From NCBI RefSeq assembly GCF_006345805.1, contig NC_042998.1, positions 164,796,001 through 164,860,000 on the forward strand: a stretch of 64,000 nucleotides of DNA, given 5' to 3'. Origin of the DNA: Octopus sinensis (taxonomy: Eukaryota). Of this stretch, positions 52,458 to 64,000 are shown in pieces. How positions within the stretch are numbered: position 1 is the first letter of the stretch; each line of letters starts with the position of its first letter. The translations under genes and the position numbers were made by a program. Below the pieces are notes generated by a model. That model was given only the letters and a program-made list of their open reading frames with translations, had not been told where the DNA came from and made no database searches.

Positions 52458-53166
52458 TGTTGTATTTTGTTTTGGCATTCCGAAATTGGTGTTTACAAAA
52501 TGTAAAAATGTTTAATACTGTTATACATGAAATCTTAGCCGTTGATATGTCATAGATGTGTGTGTGTGTCCGTGTATGTATGAATAGCTATGTTAAAGGA
52601 GTGAAAGTAATGTAAGATGGTAGTCTGTCTTGCCATATTCGACATTTCCAACTGCTCTAAGTCACACTTAGTTGAATTCCGAGCAAATTACTTTGAAAAC
52701 TGCATTTTTTATTTCCTTTTCCATGTGCTTATTTATATATCCATAAATATAAATGCACATACCCACGCATGTAAAGCGTAAGTGTATGCATATCTAATAT
52801 CCCATACACACACACACACACACACATACACACACACGTATTTATGTATGTATGTATGTAATAGGGCATTATGGAAAAGTATGGAGAAAGGAAAAATGAG
52901 AATGCGGAATGTGCTAGGTAGGCATGTAAGTACATATGCAGAAGTGTGCTATTATTTGTAAACATGTGCTGTGTGTATGTATGTGCGTGCGTAATGAATG
53001 AGGGAGTGAGCGTGTACTTAGATGCCTATACATATATGCACAGATTGAAACGCACGTACACACCGCACACACACAAACACACACACACATATATATATAT
53101 ATATTATATATATATATATTATATATATTATATATATATAATATATATACACATACATACTTACAG

Positions 53167-53490
53167 AAATGGTTCCGAGCACAATGTCGCGACATATTCT
53201 GTTCTGGTGTTCTGGATATCGGTTGCTCATTTGACATGAATAAGTTAAGAATTAAAATGGAGGACGAAGTCATCTATCTTGAATTAGTAGCGGTAAAATC
53301 CAATTTCCAAAATACGCTTTCAGCTTTATACCTGTTGCTTCATTATTATTGGAGCGACAGAATATGTGTCACTCGACCTAGATCAAAGTATAGCTGATCT
53401 TGGACTCTTAAAGAAAGAGCTTATTTCCATAATTCATGCGATACAGATAATCATCATAAGTGGTACAATAAAAACCTGACAAAAAAAACT
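53167..53490 (+). pseudogene. RLE LINE C-terminal relic (same type as 21482-21710)
   Basis: VLDIGCSFDMNKLRIKMEDEVIYLELV...FSFIP / IIIGATEYV...LG...IQIIIISGTIKT. Confidence 0.75.
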
Positions 53491-53504
53491 CTCTTAGTGT
53501 TTAA

Positions 53505-53765
53505 AAGGTAAAAGTGAAGTTATTTTCTCGAGTCATGGCGACTCATCAGGGCGAGTTTCCTGGTTTCCATGGCGTATATCTATCCCTCACCTGAACGAGA
53601 CGCCAGTCCGGCGCAGGTTTACTCAGTTTTGCCAGCTGAGTGGACTGGAGCAACGTGAATCGATGTGTTTTACTCAAGCACACAACGCATTGCTTGGTTC
53701 AGGAATCAAAACTAAATTCTTACGATCATGGGTCCAACATCCTAACCTCTAAGCTATATGCCTCA
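53505..53765 (-). mobile_element. tRNA/CORE-like SINE (head B) with tail W
   Basis: Sense body 'cacgttgctccagtccactcagctggcaaaa' then 'ggactggcgtctcgttcagg...catggaaaccaggaaac...catgactcgag'. Confidence 0.7.
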
Positions 53766-53910
53766 CCAAATGATGTTTAACTCTCAAATCATGATGAGAA
53801 GGGAGAATATATATTTTATAGCATTTTTTTCTTACAACCTTCCTATTGACCAAGTGTACAGCTATAATAAACTTTGAAACTCCATTTAGAAAATAAAACT
53901 ACATACATAC

Positions 53911-54240
53911 ATTGAAATTCCAATAAAGGAGCCTTGGATCTTGGTTAAAAACCAGCTCTTTCTCTATTGCCAAGAAATCTTGAAATAAAACTGAATGATG
54001 ATATACATACAAACTAACACACAAGCAAAAGAAAAAGAGGCCATCGATGGATCATTCAAAATCCTGTACCCAAGACACACTTTCAGCACTTGTGTTATTA
54101 TTGGAGCAACAGGATACATACCAACCCGTCTGGAATAAAATATGTCTGAACTTGGGATCTTGGAGAGAGAAGGCAAGTCCTTAATTCATATGCTACAAAT
54201 GATCACGATATCTGGGATTATAAAAATCTGGTTCTATATT
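53911..54240 (+). pseudogene. Second RLE LINE C-terminal relic
   Basis: FKILYPRHTFSTCVIIGATGYIP...LGI...LQMITISGIIKI. Confidence 0.75.
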
Positions 54241-54257
54241 TAAGAGATAAATTATGT

Positions 54258-54432
54258 ACATTATTTACATTATTTACAATTGGCGATATTTGTCCTCATC
54301 TTGTTTGTTGTTAACACTACGTTTCGGCTGATATACCCTCCAGCCTTCATCAGGTGTCTTGGGGAAATTTCGAACCTGGGTTCTCAATCCTAACGTAGTT
54401 TTTGTTATTCCTAAGGTATTTGTTGTTATTGC

Positions 54433-54471
<39 letters not shown>

Positions 54472-54656
54472 CCAGGCAGTGACCTGAATAATAATAATAA
54501 TAACAATAACAACATCGAAAAATACCTTAGGAACGAGAACCCAAGTTCGAAATTTCCCCAAGACACCTGATGAAGGCTGAAGGGTATATCAGCCTAAACG
54601 ATGAGTTGACAAGATGAGGACAAATATCCGTCAATTGTAAATAATGTAAATAATGT
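54258..54656. mobile_element. Penelope-like inverted terminal-repeat structure (palindrome of about 400 bp)
   Basis: 54258-54420 is inverted at 54515-54656 around an (ATT)n/(AAT)n centre; each arm carries a CTGATGA core. Confidence 0.85.
54313..54360 (-). ncRNA. Minimal type I hammerhead ribozyme (Penelope type)
   Basis: Sense: aagacac CUGAUGA aggcug-gaggguauau-cagcc GAAAC GUA| guguu; stem I gacac/guguu, stem II ggcug/cagcc, palindromic ACGU stem III. Confidence 0.75.
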
Positions 54657-54679
54657 TATAAAAATTTGCAAGACATAAA

Positions 54680-55040
54680 ATGAATGGCAAAGTCGACCTC
54701 GACAGAATTTGAACACAGAACGTAAGGGCGGACGAAATGCCGCTAAACATTTTGCCCGGCGTGCTAACGGTTCTGCCAGCTCGCCGCCTTAGTAACCCTA
54801 TCAATATTTCCCCTACTGTTCAGGCAACAAACTGGCTGAATCGTTAGCACGCCGGGCAAGATGCTTAGCGGCATTTCGTTCGTAGTAACGCTCTGAGTTC
54901 AAATTCCGTCGAGGCCGATTTTGCCTTTCATCCTTTCAGGGCTGATAGAACAAGTACCCGTTGAGTACTGGGGTTGATTTAATTGGCTTACCTCCTCCCC
55001 CGATATGACTGACCTTGTGCCAAAATTCGAAATCAAAATC
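54680..55040. mobile_element. Divergent pair of OK-like SINEs: minus 54680-54792, plus 54825-55040
   Basis: 'ttctgccagctcgccgcctt' and 'aggcaacaaactggctgaatcgttagcacgcc' about 30 bp apart. Confidence 0.85.
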
Positions 55041-56027
55041 ATTGCTACTGTTACTGCTGCTGTTGCTACTGCTGCTGCTGCTACTGCTGCTGCTACTGCT
55101 GCTGCAGCCGCTGTTTACTTTCATATTTTGAGTTTTTTTTTAATTTAGATTTGTTCTGTTGTTTTTGTTTTGTTTTGTTTTGTTTTTTTTTTTACTTTCT
55201 ATTCTTTCATAGTTGTGCTGGCACAGTAATGGTAGTGTTACTGGTTGCTGTGGACATCATCGTTGTTGTTGATGATATACTGTTGCTGATGGTGGCGGCG
55301 GCGGTTGTGGTGTTGTTGCTGGTGGTGGTGGTGGTGGCGGTGGTGGTGGTCTTTGTTATTGCTATCCTTTGCAATTTATCTATCGATTCCTATTTTATTT
55401 AATTATAGATATTTTTGTTATGCCATATATTTGCTTTGCAGTTCTGCTTCGTTTTGTTGTTGGATAACGTAGGTGGCTATTTTTATTGTTTTGTTGGTTT
55501 GTTTGTTTTGGGGGAGGGTCTTTTTGTGTTTTTATATAATTCCTGTTGTCGGGGCTTTCTTTGTGGTTGTTTTTTGTAGGACTTTGAGGTTATTTATTTT
55601 TCTTTTTTAGAGAGAAAATAAATGGTTTGTTACTTTTAATTATATAAGTGTCTGCGTGCATGTGTATATGTGTGTACATTTAATACACCGTTATGTGTGT
55701 GTGTAACGCATGTGCGTGTGTATATATCTGTTTGTATGTGTGTATATATCTGTTTGTATGTGTGTAGACGTATGCACAACATTCGTGCTTATGTTTTGTG
55801 TGTACACATGTAACATATATGTATACACACACATAGAGAAACTCACACACACACATGCACACACGCACACATGAATGTGTGTCCTAGAGTGACCATGTAA
55901 ATATATATGTATATTTATGTATATATGATTGATTATGCGTGTGTATGTGCGTGTGTGTGCTTGTGTGTCATATGTATGTGTATTCTGTAAAAGTATATAT
56001 ATATATACATATAACATTGCTTACATG

Positions 56028-56072
<45 letters not shown>

Positions 56073-56884
56073 TGTGTGTGTGTACAGTTATGTACATACA
56101 GCTCAGATATTGTTAGTTTTACGATTTTCAACAAACGAATACCCACAGGCAAACAGCAACAAACGTTTAACACACTTATACACTCGTGCACAAGCAAGTA
56201 TATACACATACATAAAAAACACACAGGCACGTTCTCACAAACACATGCATACACACACAGACACACACACACACAAACTTTAAACAACAATAATAAAAAA
56301 TGTTTCAAACGATTTCCTAAAAACATTGATATTTATTAGACGTTTAATTATTTTTTTTAAAAATGCTCTATAAATTTTCCTGAATTACTACAGGTCAATT
56401 ATAAAAATAATTGAAAATTAGATTAATTTCTTAATTAATTTATAATATTTGAATAATTGATATCCTTTAACTAGACCACCCTACCCCCACACACTACAAA
56501 CTCTATCCCCGCCCTATCTTTGTGGTGTCAAAGGAAAGAGAAGATATGGTCCATGAATGGGATTTCGCTAAATTTGCTTAATGGCTTATCCCGAAATTTA
56601 TTGGGTTATTGGAAAAAAATGTTGTTACTACATGTTTTATGCACTATCTATACTAAGGTTTAAAATATCACAACACCCATTAAGTAACCTATTGGGGAAT
56701 AATAGTCTACTGAGAAATAACAGTCAAGTTTCTTTATCAAAACTCGCTCGGTTATCGTAGAACACATTAGATAATGAAAGTATAGATGCATTATGGTCAT
56801 GATTTCGTTACCTGTGATCATACGTCAGCTCGATTATGGCAGACAGCTTGCCAACAATATATGTGCAAACATCATGTTCACGCG

Positions 56885-56946
<62 letters not shown>

Positions 56947-56953
56947 TGTGTCG

Positions 56954-57403
56954 GAGCTAGGGTGGCAGGAGTTTTCTCCCGCTTGCAATGAATATTGAGT
57001 GTAAGAGCACATGAGATGTCTTCCTGGGGTTAAAATAGCAGTACCTTCGGTTTTAAGAGAGCAACCACGTTAAAGTGGCGATAAATGCTACGTTTTGGTT
57101 CGTATACTGTTTTATATCATGAACAGTGATTGCATGACACTGTATTTTTTATATATTGCCAGCGACGTCAAACTAATGCAATGCCTGGAGGACGAGTGCC
57201 TACCACTGAAGTGATCCAGTAAGATCGAAATCATGTGATCTAGTGATCTATGAGCTAGGGTGGCACGAGTTTTCTCACACATGCTAGGAATATCGAGTAC
57301 AAGAGCGCACAGAATAAACCAGCTGAAGACGTATTCATGGGATTAAAATAACAGTATTGTCGTCTCTTAGAGTATACCCACGTTAAAGTGGAAATAAACA
57401 CTA
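56954..57403 (+). repeat. Diverged direct repeat pair of about 140-150 bp
   Basis: 'gagctagggtggca.gagttttctc...ccacgttaaagtgg..ataaa..cta' at 56954-57090 and 57252-57403. Confidence 0.8.
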
Positions 57404-57440
57404 TATGTATGTGTGGGGTATGTGTGTGTGCGTGTGTGTA

Positions 57441-58701
57441 TTGGATCATCCCATACGTTATACCTATTTTTCATTTGCATGTACTAAAAGTTGGAGGGGG
57501 CGGGATAAACTACCTGCATCACTTGCTATAAAGGCAAGCAGTAATTTTACGTTGTACTTATTCTTAGAGCAAATTTTGAAGAGTGCAGTTTTATTTTAAC
57601 AGTTATATTTTCAAAGCTATAATCGAAGTGACAAAGGAGCATATTCGGCATATTTTACTTTATGAGTTCAATAAAGGCAACAACGCAACGGAAAGTGCGA
57701 GAATATTAATGCAATATATGGGGATCGGACAATAAGCGTAAGCCAATATCAACGGTGGTTCCAGAAATCCCGAGTTGGAAACTACAGCCTAGAAGACGAG
57801 CTTCGCCCTAGAAGATATGTAGAGCTAGACGAGGACGTCCTGCGAACCGTGAAGAAACAAAATCCCAGCGTAACTATTCAGGAACTAGCAGAGAAGCTTC
57901 GATATGGTCATTCAACCATTCATCGACTTCTGCGTGTCATCGGAAAAGTCAGCAAATTGGGTCAATAGGTTCCTCACAAACTTTTCGAGTCTAATCACGC
58001 GCAAAGAGTGAATGTGTGCTCTTTGCTGTCATGTCTCACGAATGAGGCTTTTTTGGACCGAATAGTGACCGGTAACGAGAAATGGGTTCTCTATAAAAAA
58101 TGTGAAGCGCCGAAGACAGTGAGTAGGGAAAGGAGGAACAGCGGCACCCTAGGCTTAAAAAAGGTTTTCCTCCACGTAACGTGTTGTTATCTGTTTGGTA
58201 GGATATAAAAGCTTTAGTTCACTTTGAACTTTTGAACCCAAACCAAACTATAATAAAGGATATCTACTGCGAGATACTTGAGCAGTTTAAGTCAGCGCTA
58301 GAAGAAAAACGACTGACTTTGATTTCAAGACGAAAGATGTTCTTATATCAGGATAATGCTCGGCCACATACAGCGAGGAGGACATTCCAAAGGCTGGGGC
58401 AGTTTGAAACTGCAAACGGTGTACCATATTCGCCGGACATTGGCCCATCTGATTATCATTTATTCCGTAGTCTTCAAAATTATTTGGACGAAAAAAATAT
58501 GAATCCTGTAGACGAGGTCAGAACAGTACTGGAGGAGTAATTTTCGTCACGGACAAGTGGATTTTGGAAGAGGGGCCTTATAAGTCTACCGGAAGAGCAT
58601 TGCAGAAAATGACGGAGAGTATATTTTAGATTAAAAACTTTATCATAATTTTGAAAAATAAAAGAAGCAGAAGATAACCGCATTATTTATGGAATGACCC
58701 A
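57441..58701 (+). mobile_element. Near full-length mariner (DD34D), transposase pseudogenised
   Basis: TA flanks, degenerate TIRs 'ttggatcatcccata' / 'tatggaatgaccca'; frame 57622-58634 has EHIRHILLYEF, GQ*VPHKL, VTGNEKW, QDNARPH and YSPDIGPSDYHLF; start codon is ATC; frameshifts. Confidence 0.93.
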
Positions 58702-58716
58702 TAAATATATATAAAT

Positions 58717-59035
58717 GGCACTCCGTCGGCTACGACGAGGAATGTTCCAGTTGGTCTGATCACTGGAACAGCCTGCTCGTGAAATTAACATCATATAAGT
58801 GGCTCAGCACTCCACAGATATATGTACCCTTAACGTAGTTCTCAGGGAGATTCGGCATGACATAGAATGCGACAAGGTGGGCCTTTGAAATACAGGTACT
58901 ACTCATTTTTGAATAGACTGGAGTAATGTAAAGCAAAGAGTCTTGCTCAATGAGACAACGCGCTGCCGGGAATTGAAGTCACGACCTTACGATTACGAGC
59001 CCGAATACCTTAACCACTAAGCCACGCGCCTTCAC
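58717..59035 (-). mobile_element. SINE with head B and tail X
   Basis: Sense head gtgaaggcgcgtggcttagtggttaagg; tail shares 'ttaatttcacgagcaggctgttcc...cgacggagtgcc' with OR1-like copies. Confidence 0.85.
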
Positions 59036-59099
59036 TTATCTATCGATCTATCTGTGTGTGTATGTGTGTGTGTGTGTGTGTGTGTGTTTGTGTGTGTGT

Positions 59100-59147
<48 letters not shown>

Positions 59148-59164
59148 GTGTGTGTGTGTGTGTG

Positions 59165-59200
<36 letters not shown>

Positions 59201-59304
59201 GTGTGTATACCCTTTTATTTTTTCGGTCATTGGAATGTAGCCACTTTGAAAAGTGCAGTCAAACAAATCGATCCCAATACAAATTTTAGAATCTGCTATT
59301 TATT

Positions 59305-59439
59305 TTAAACGATATTGGGTTCAGTCCTACTGCGGCGCAGTTTGGGTTGGTGACTTCTGCTATAGGTCAGGGCCGACCAAAGCCTTCTGAACTGATTTGT
59401 TAGATAGAAACTAGAAGAAGCCTGCCGTATATATCTACA

Positions 59440-59474
<35 letters not shown>

Positions 59475-59809
59475 ATATATATTATATATATATGTATGTA
59501 TGTATGTATGTATAGATATATAAAAGAAAAAATGGGATTTAAAAAACCTGGCAGATATCAAGTAAGCTCTCAGTATAAAGGAATAAGGTTAAATTTCCAA
59601 CAACAAGTAGATACCAGTAAATGTATGTAGAATACAAATCGCAGGTAAAGCCTCAGGTATGGCAGGTAAATCCAACAATCCTTACGCAGAATTTTAAGAA
59701 ATTCGGATTATTAACAACAATCAATATGTACAAAGAAAATCATATCTTTATTTTAGACCACACCTTAAAAATCCAACAATTGTTTCAATTGCGATAACAT
59801 ATACGTTCA

Positions 59810-59906
<97 letters not shown>

Positions 59907-59925
59907 CCACACACACACACACATA

Positions 59926-59958
<33 letters not shown>

Positions 59959-60044
59959 ATTTTTATGCAATTGAAACAATGTTGGATTTATAAGGTGTGA
60001 TCTAAGATAAAGATATGATTTTTCTTCTTACTTATTGATGATTG

Positions 60045-60098
<54 letters not shown>

Positions 60099-60151
60099 CC
60101 TTAAAAATCCAACAATTGATTCAATTGCATTAACATATACATACATATGCA

Positions 60152-60187
<36 letters not shown>

Positions 60188-60395
60188 GTGTGTGTGTGCC
60201 ATTGTGTTTGTCCACCCCACCGCTTGAGAACGGATGCTGGTTTGTTTATGTGCTCGTAACTCAGCGGTTCGGCCAAAGGACCGATAGAATAAGTATCAAG
60301 CTGAAGAAATAAAAGTATTGGGTTCAGTCTATTCGACTAAACTCTTCAAGGCAGTGCCTTGGTATGGCCACTGTCCAATAACAGAAACAAATATA
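59305..60395 (+). mobile_element. OR2-like SINE split by about 750 bp of microsatellites and inserts
   Basis: 5' part 59305-59440 and 3' part 60190-60395. Confidence 0.65.
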
Positions 60396-60484
60396 ATGAT
60401 TAAAGAAGACTACAACATCATCGAATTTGATCGAACCACACATTTACAGGCGATAAGAAAATCCGGTGACTAAAAATTAAAATA

Positions 60485-60965
60485 ACACTGTGTAACAAAA
60501 GTTTTGTTTTATTTTTGTCTTTGGTCAGTAAATGTTATTTCCTATTTGCTTCTACCTAGGAATCAAAGGAAATGACTACTATTCCCTTCAAACTTTGCTT
60601 TTGTGACATGGACATCAATGCTTTGAAACTGACCTATTTTCCATTACATTTCAGACAGATTCAGCGTTGAGTTACTGAAGCAGAATTGTCGTTATAGCAA
60701 AGATCCTGCTCAATACTTGTCAGTTACTTCATATTAACCACTTTAGCATGTCCCCTAGTGGCTGACAATGAGTGCATCTCTGATCATGAGCAGGAGTAAT
60801 GGGGGAGCATCATAGGCATGTGTTGAGAGGGGTTCACTGGGTTTGAATAAATGTAAGGAAAGCAAAGTTTGAAGGAAATATCAACCATTTTTTAATACTT
60901 TCTAGGGGTAAGCAAATAGGAAATAACAGTTGCTACCCAAGGAAAAAAAAATTGTTACACAGTGT
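60485..60965. mobile_element. TA-flanked MITE
   Basis: ta|acactgtgtaacaa ... ttgttacacagtgt|ta; inner inverted blocks 'ttcctatttgctt' and 'ccttcaaactttgcttt'. Confidence 0.8.
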
Positions 60966-61806
60966 TATTTTGCTTTTCAGAATAAAGCCTTTAGATATTT
61001 AACTATTTACTGGAAATTTGCTTCGATCTCCATAATGTTTCACAAAGGTTTATTAAAAATTTATATGGAATTAATGCAAATACAGATCGAGAAATCGATA
61101 CTTATTAATATAGTTCACAACTTCTATTTCTATTTAGCTAATCCAGCACAATGTATTTAAAATCATAATGTGGCAGTTTTTCCCCGTCTTTCTCATATCA
61201 TAACCAACACGTTGAGTTTGAAACAGATCAAATACAGGAAGCAAAAGTATGAAGTTTCTGGGATTTTTAATAATATAGACAAGGTTGCGTTTGCAAGTAT
61301 AAACCTATCCAGGTAATGAGGCCGTGCTTTTTTTCAGCTAGGTCTGATGGTTGTAATACGTATCATACTGGGATATACCCTGTTCCAGATTATGCCATAC
61401 TTCTTAAAAGAAATCAAGGTTAGCTGGTATATCTACGGTTGTTTTACAAATTGATTAACTCTTCTTCTAAAGTGAATTCTCTCACTGCTTGTTAAAATAC
61501 ATAACGTACCACATAAATGCATACATGCATATGCACACATTCACACGCGCGTCCTCTTAATATTAATTGCAGTTATAAGGAAGAGTAATTAGTACTCTTT
61601 CCTGTGTTTGTATCTACAAAAGTGGCGTGTACGTAAACACACACACACATTGACGCCATTTGAATTCATAAATTTCGAGAGAACGTGAAATAATTCCTTT
61701 TTGGAACGGTGAATCTCGAAGCAGACAAAGATAACTAATAGCGTTTAAATATTGGGTAAAAACTCTTTGGATATAAATCATTACACACACAGACACACAC
61801 GAATAC

Positions 61807-63046
61807 CTTGTTTTCCATTTGTGTCTTTCGTTATCCGAAAAATAGTTTATATTGCATGTACTCGTACTTCGTATATTTGTTGTACGTGCTTCGTGACGCC
61901 ATGTGCATTTATAACAAAAGACACAAATGGAAAACAAGACAAACAACACAAAGAACGATCCTTCATCAGTTGTTAGCTGTTTCTCTATTCTCGTATTTCG
62001 AGCATTTAACAACAAGATACGCTTTCGATAAAACAGTTGCTACCGCAAAGCAGGTTAAATAAAATCTGGGATTTTGCGGAGGGTTAAAATTGGTGACACA
62101 AACAGGACAGTGAAAACACAGGAAGGGCTGCTAAGTCTAAACGAGGTTGTGGTGGCGAACGCGTGAATCAAGCTTGGACAGGAGACAGACAAGAACATGT
62201 CTTCCATGTTCCAACTACAACGGGGAGAAAGAAATACAAGTTAGGAGAGGAAAGATGGCCGATGGTCATGTGGGAGCCACGTGAGCAAGTGTCTAAGAGT
62301 GAGGGAGAGAGTGACAAACAGAGACCTGTGAAGGGGAGGGGAAAATTGAAGATAGGATAAGTGAAAAAAACAAGAGGGGAGAAGAGGAGGTGGAAGAATA
62401 AGAGAGAACAAACAAAAGAATGATATGATAGAATAATGGGAGATGAGGGGGTAAAAGAATAAGAGAGAGAAAGAGATAAAAAACGAAAGAGTAAATAAAT
62501 AGAGTGCCCATCAGAATTATTAAGATAAAACTTACTTGGAAGAGGATGCGTGGCGTTCAAACATATAATAATATAAATAATATATATATATGCATATGTA
62601 TACACGTATATGTGCATAGTTACATCTATATGTATATATATATGAATATGTGGGCACAAGACGTCACGAAATGTGTGCAACAAAAATACGAAGTACGAGT
62701 ACATGCAATATGAACTATTTTTCGAATAACGAAAGACACATATGGAAAAAAAAAACAACACAGAGAACGACCCTTCGTCAGTTGTTGGCTGTTTTTCTAC
62801 TCTTGCATTTCGAGTATTTAACAACAAGATACGCTTTCGATAAAACAGTTGCTCCTGCAAAGCAAATTAAATAAAATTAGGGATTTTGCGGAGGGTTAAA
62901 ATTGGTGACACAAACAGGACAGTGAAAACAAATAGGAAGGACTGCTAAGCCTAAACGAGGTTGTGGTGGCGAACGCGTGAATCAAGCTTGGATAAGAGAC
63001 AGACAAGAACACATCTTCCTTGATTCAGCTACAACGGAGAGAAAGA
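61807..63046. repeat. Two diverged copies of a roughly 400-bp repeat, one with a local inversion (Penelope-like, tentative)
   Basis: 61912-62233 is a direct match to about 62720-63046; 61807-61898 is inverted relative to 62652-62750. Confidence 0.8.
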
Positions 63047-63689
63047 CGCCGTGTGTGTGTTAAATGGGGTGATTTTGATGAAGCATTGTCTGATATCACA
63101 AGAAACAGACTTGTGTATAGCCGGAACAGTGCGAGAAGATATGAAGGTAAACTACAAAAAAAGAATGCAAAACGAAACAAAACTGTAGTTTTATGTTACA
63201 TAAGTATATTTCGAGGCTATAACCACTTTTACAGGAAACGTGGAAAAGTGAAGGAAGGTCGTTGCTCAGATGCGGAGCGGGGGAGAATGGTGACATACGC
63301 TGACTGTTTGCCTATTGTAACAATTTTTTTTCAATGTAGTTCTTTTCTATTATTTATGGCTGGTCTGGTTTTGTTGATAAGGAGGGCTTCCATAATTTTA
63401 GGATTGTCTCTGTTGTATTGAGTTACCAAACCCAGGATTTTAAGGTATTCATCAGGGTCACTCAACGTAAAGGGGCAACCTACTTATCAACAAAGTGAGA
63501 CCAGTCACAAACAACACAAAAGGATACATGAAGCAGAATGGTTATTACAGCAACACAGTCTGCACATATCACCTTCTTCCCCACACATACATGTGAGCAA
63601 CCACCTTTCCCTTCCCTTGCTTTTCAACAAGTCCTAAAAAAAGGGTCATATCCTCCAAATACATAAACATAAGTGAACTTAAACAGCAA

Positions 63690-64000
63690 TTTTTGATGTA
63701 TTTATGTTCCCTTAACTTGGCAGTTCGGCAAAAGAACCGGTAGAATAACCACTGGGTACGTTCGTTCGACTGAAATTCGTCAAGGTGGTGTCCCGGCATG
63801 ACCATAGATTAATGACTGAATTAAGTAAAAGATACGAGATAAAACATGGTAAACAAGTAAAAATTGAAAGATAAAACATGGTAAAACGTGGTTTTGTGGT
63901 GGGAAGCTTGCTTCCCAGTCACATGGTGCTAGGCTCAGTCCCATCGCATGGCACCTTGGACAAGTGACCTCTGCTATCCCTCGGATTGACCAAAGCCTTG
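63690..64000 (+). mobile_element. OR2-like 3' half (63690-63835) and a new OR2-like head running off the window (63885-64000)
   Basis: 'gcagttcggcaaaaga..tagaataa'; 'gaagcttgcttccc...catggcaccttggacaagtg'. Confidence 0.8.

Noticed and set aside
53167-53292. 126-nt AG...GT-bounded open frame that looks like a host exon
   Set aside because: The peptide and its downstream frame match the RLE endonuclease C-terminus of a LINE

Overview
Eukaryotic, AT-rich, repeat-saturated DNA with no confidently identifiable host gene. It is most likely intergenic or deep intronic. The SINE sequences, dense (CA)n/(TA)n/(TATG)n/(GATA)n/(ATT)n microsatellites and transposon families look like an Octopus genome (inference from recalled OK/OR1/OR2 octopus SINE families). 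Almost all long ORFs in the supplied track are microsatellite read-through. Real coding signal is limited to decayed transposons: CR1-like RT (x2), RTE endonuclease and RT, a Tx1/L1-clade 3' end, three kinds of restriction-like-endonuclease (RLE) LINE ends (HERO-like, Dong/R4-like, and a third R4-like type), a near full-length DD34D mariner and an internally deleted DD37D maT element. Non-coding structure includes about 30 tRNA-derived SINEs, several TIR MITEs, a Helentron-type HINE and Penelope-like palindromes. Highlights: (1) a young SINE subfamily whose 3' tail matches the 3' end of the Tx1-clade LINE lying around it; (2) a Penelope-type palindrome with an intact minimal hammerhead ribozyme; (3) a TAA-microsatellite-targeting Dong-like LINE next to a non-coding element in the same array; (4) a 1.5-kb tandem duplication with a chimeric junction that maps the crossover to 18 bp; (5) head/tail module shuffling among SINEs. 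Boundaries of old repeats are approximate, and family names are assigned by motif recognition, not database search.
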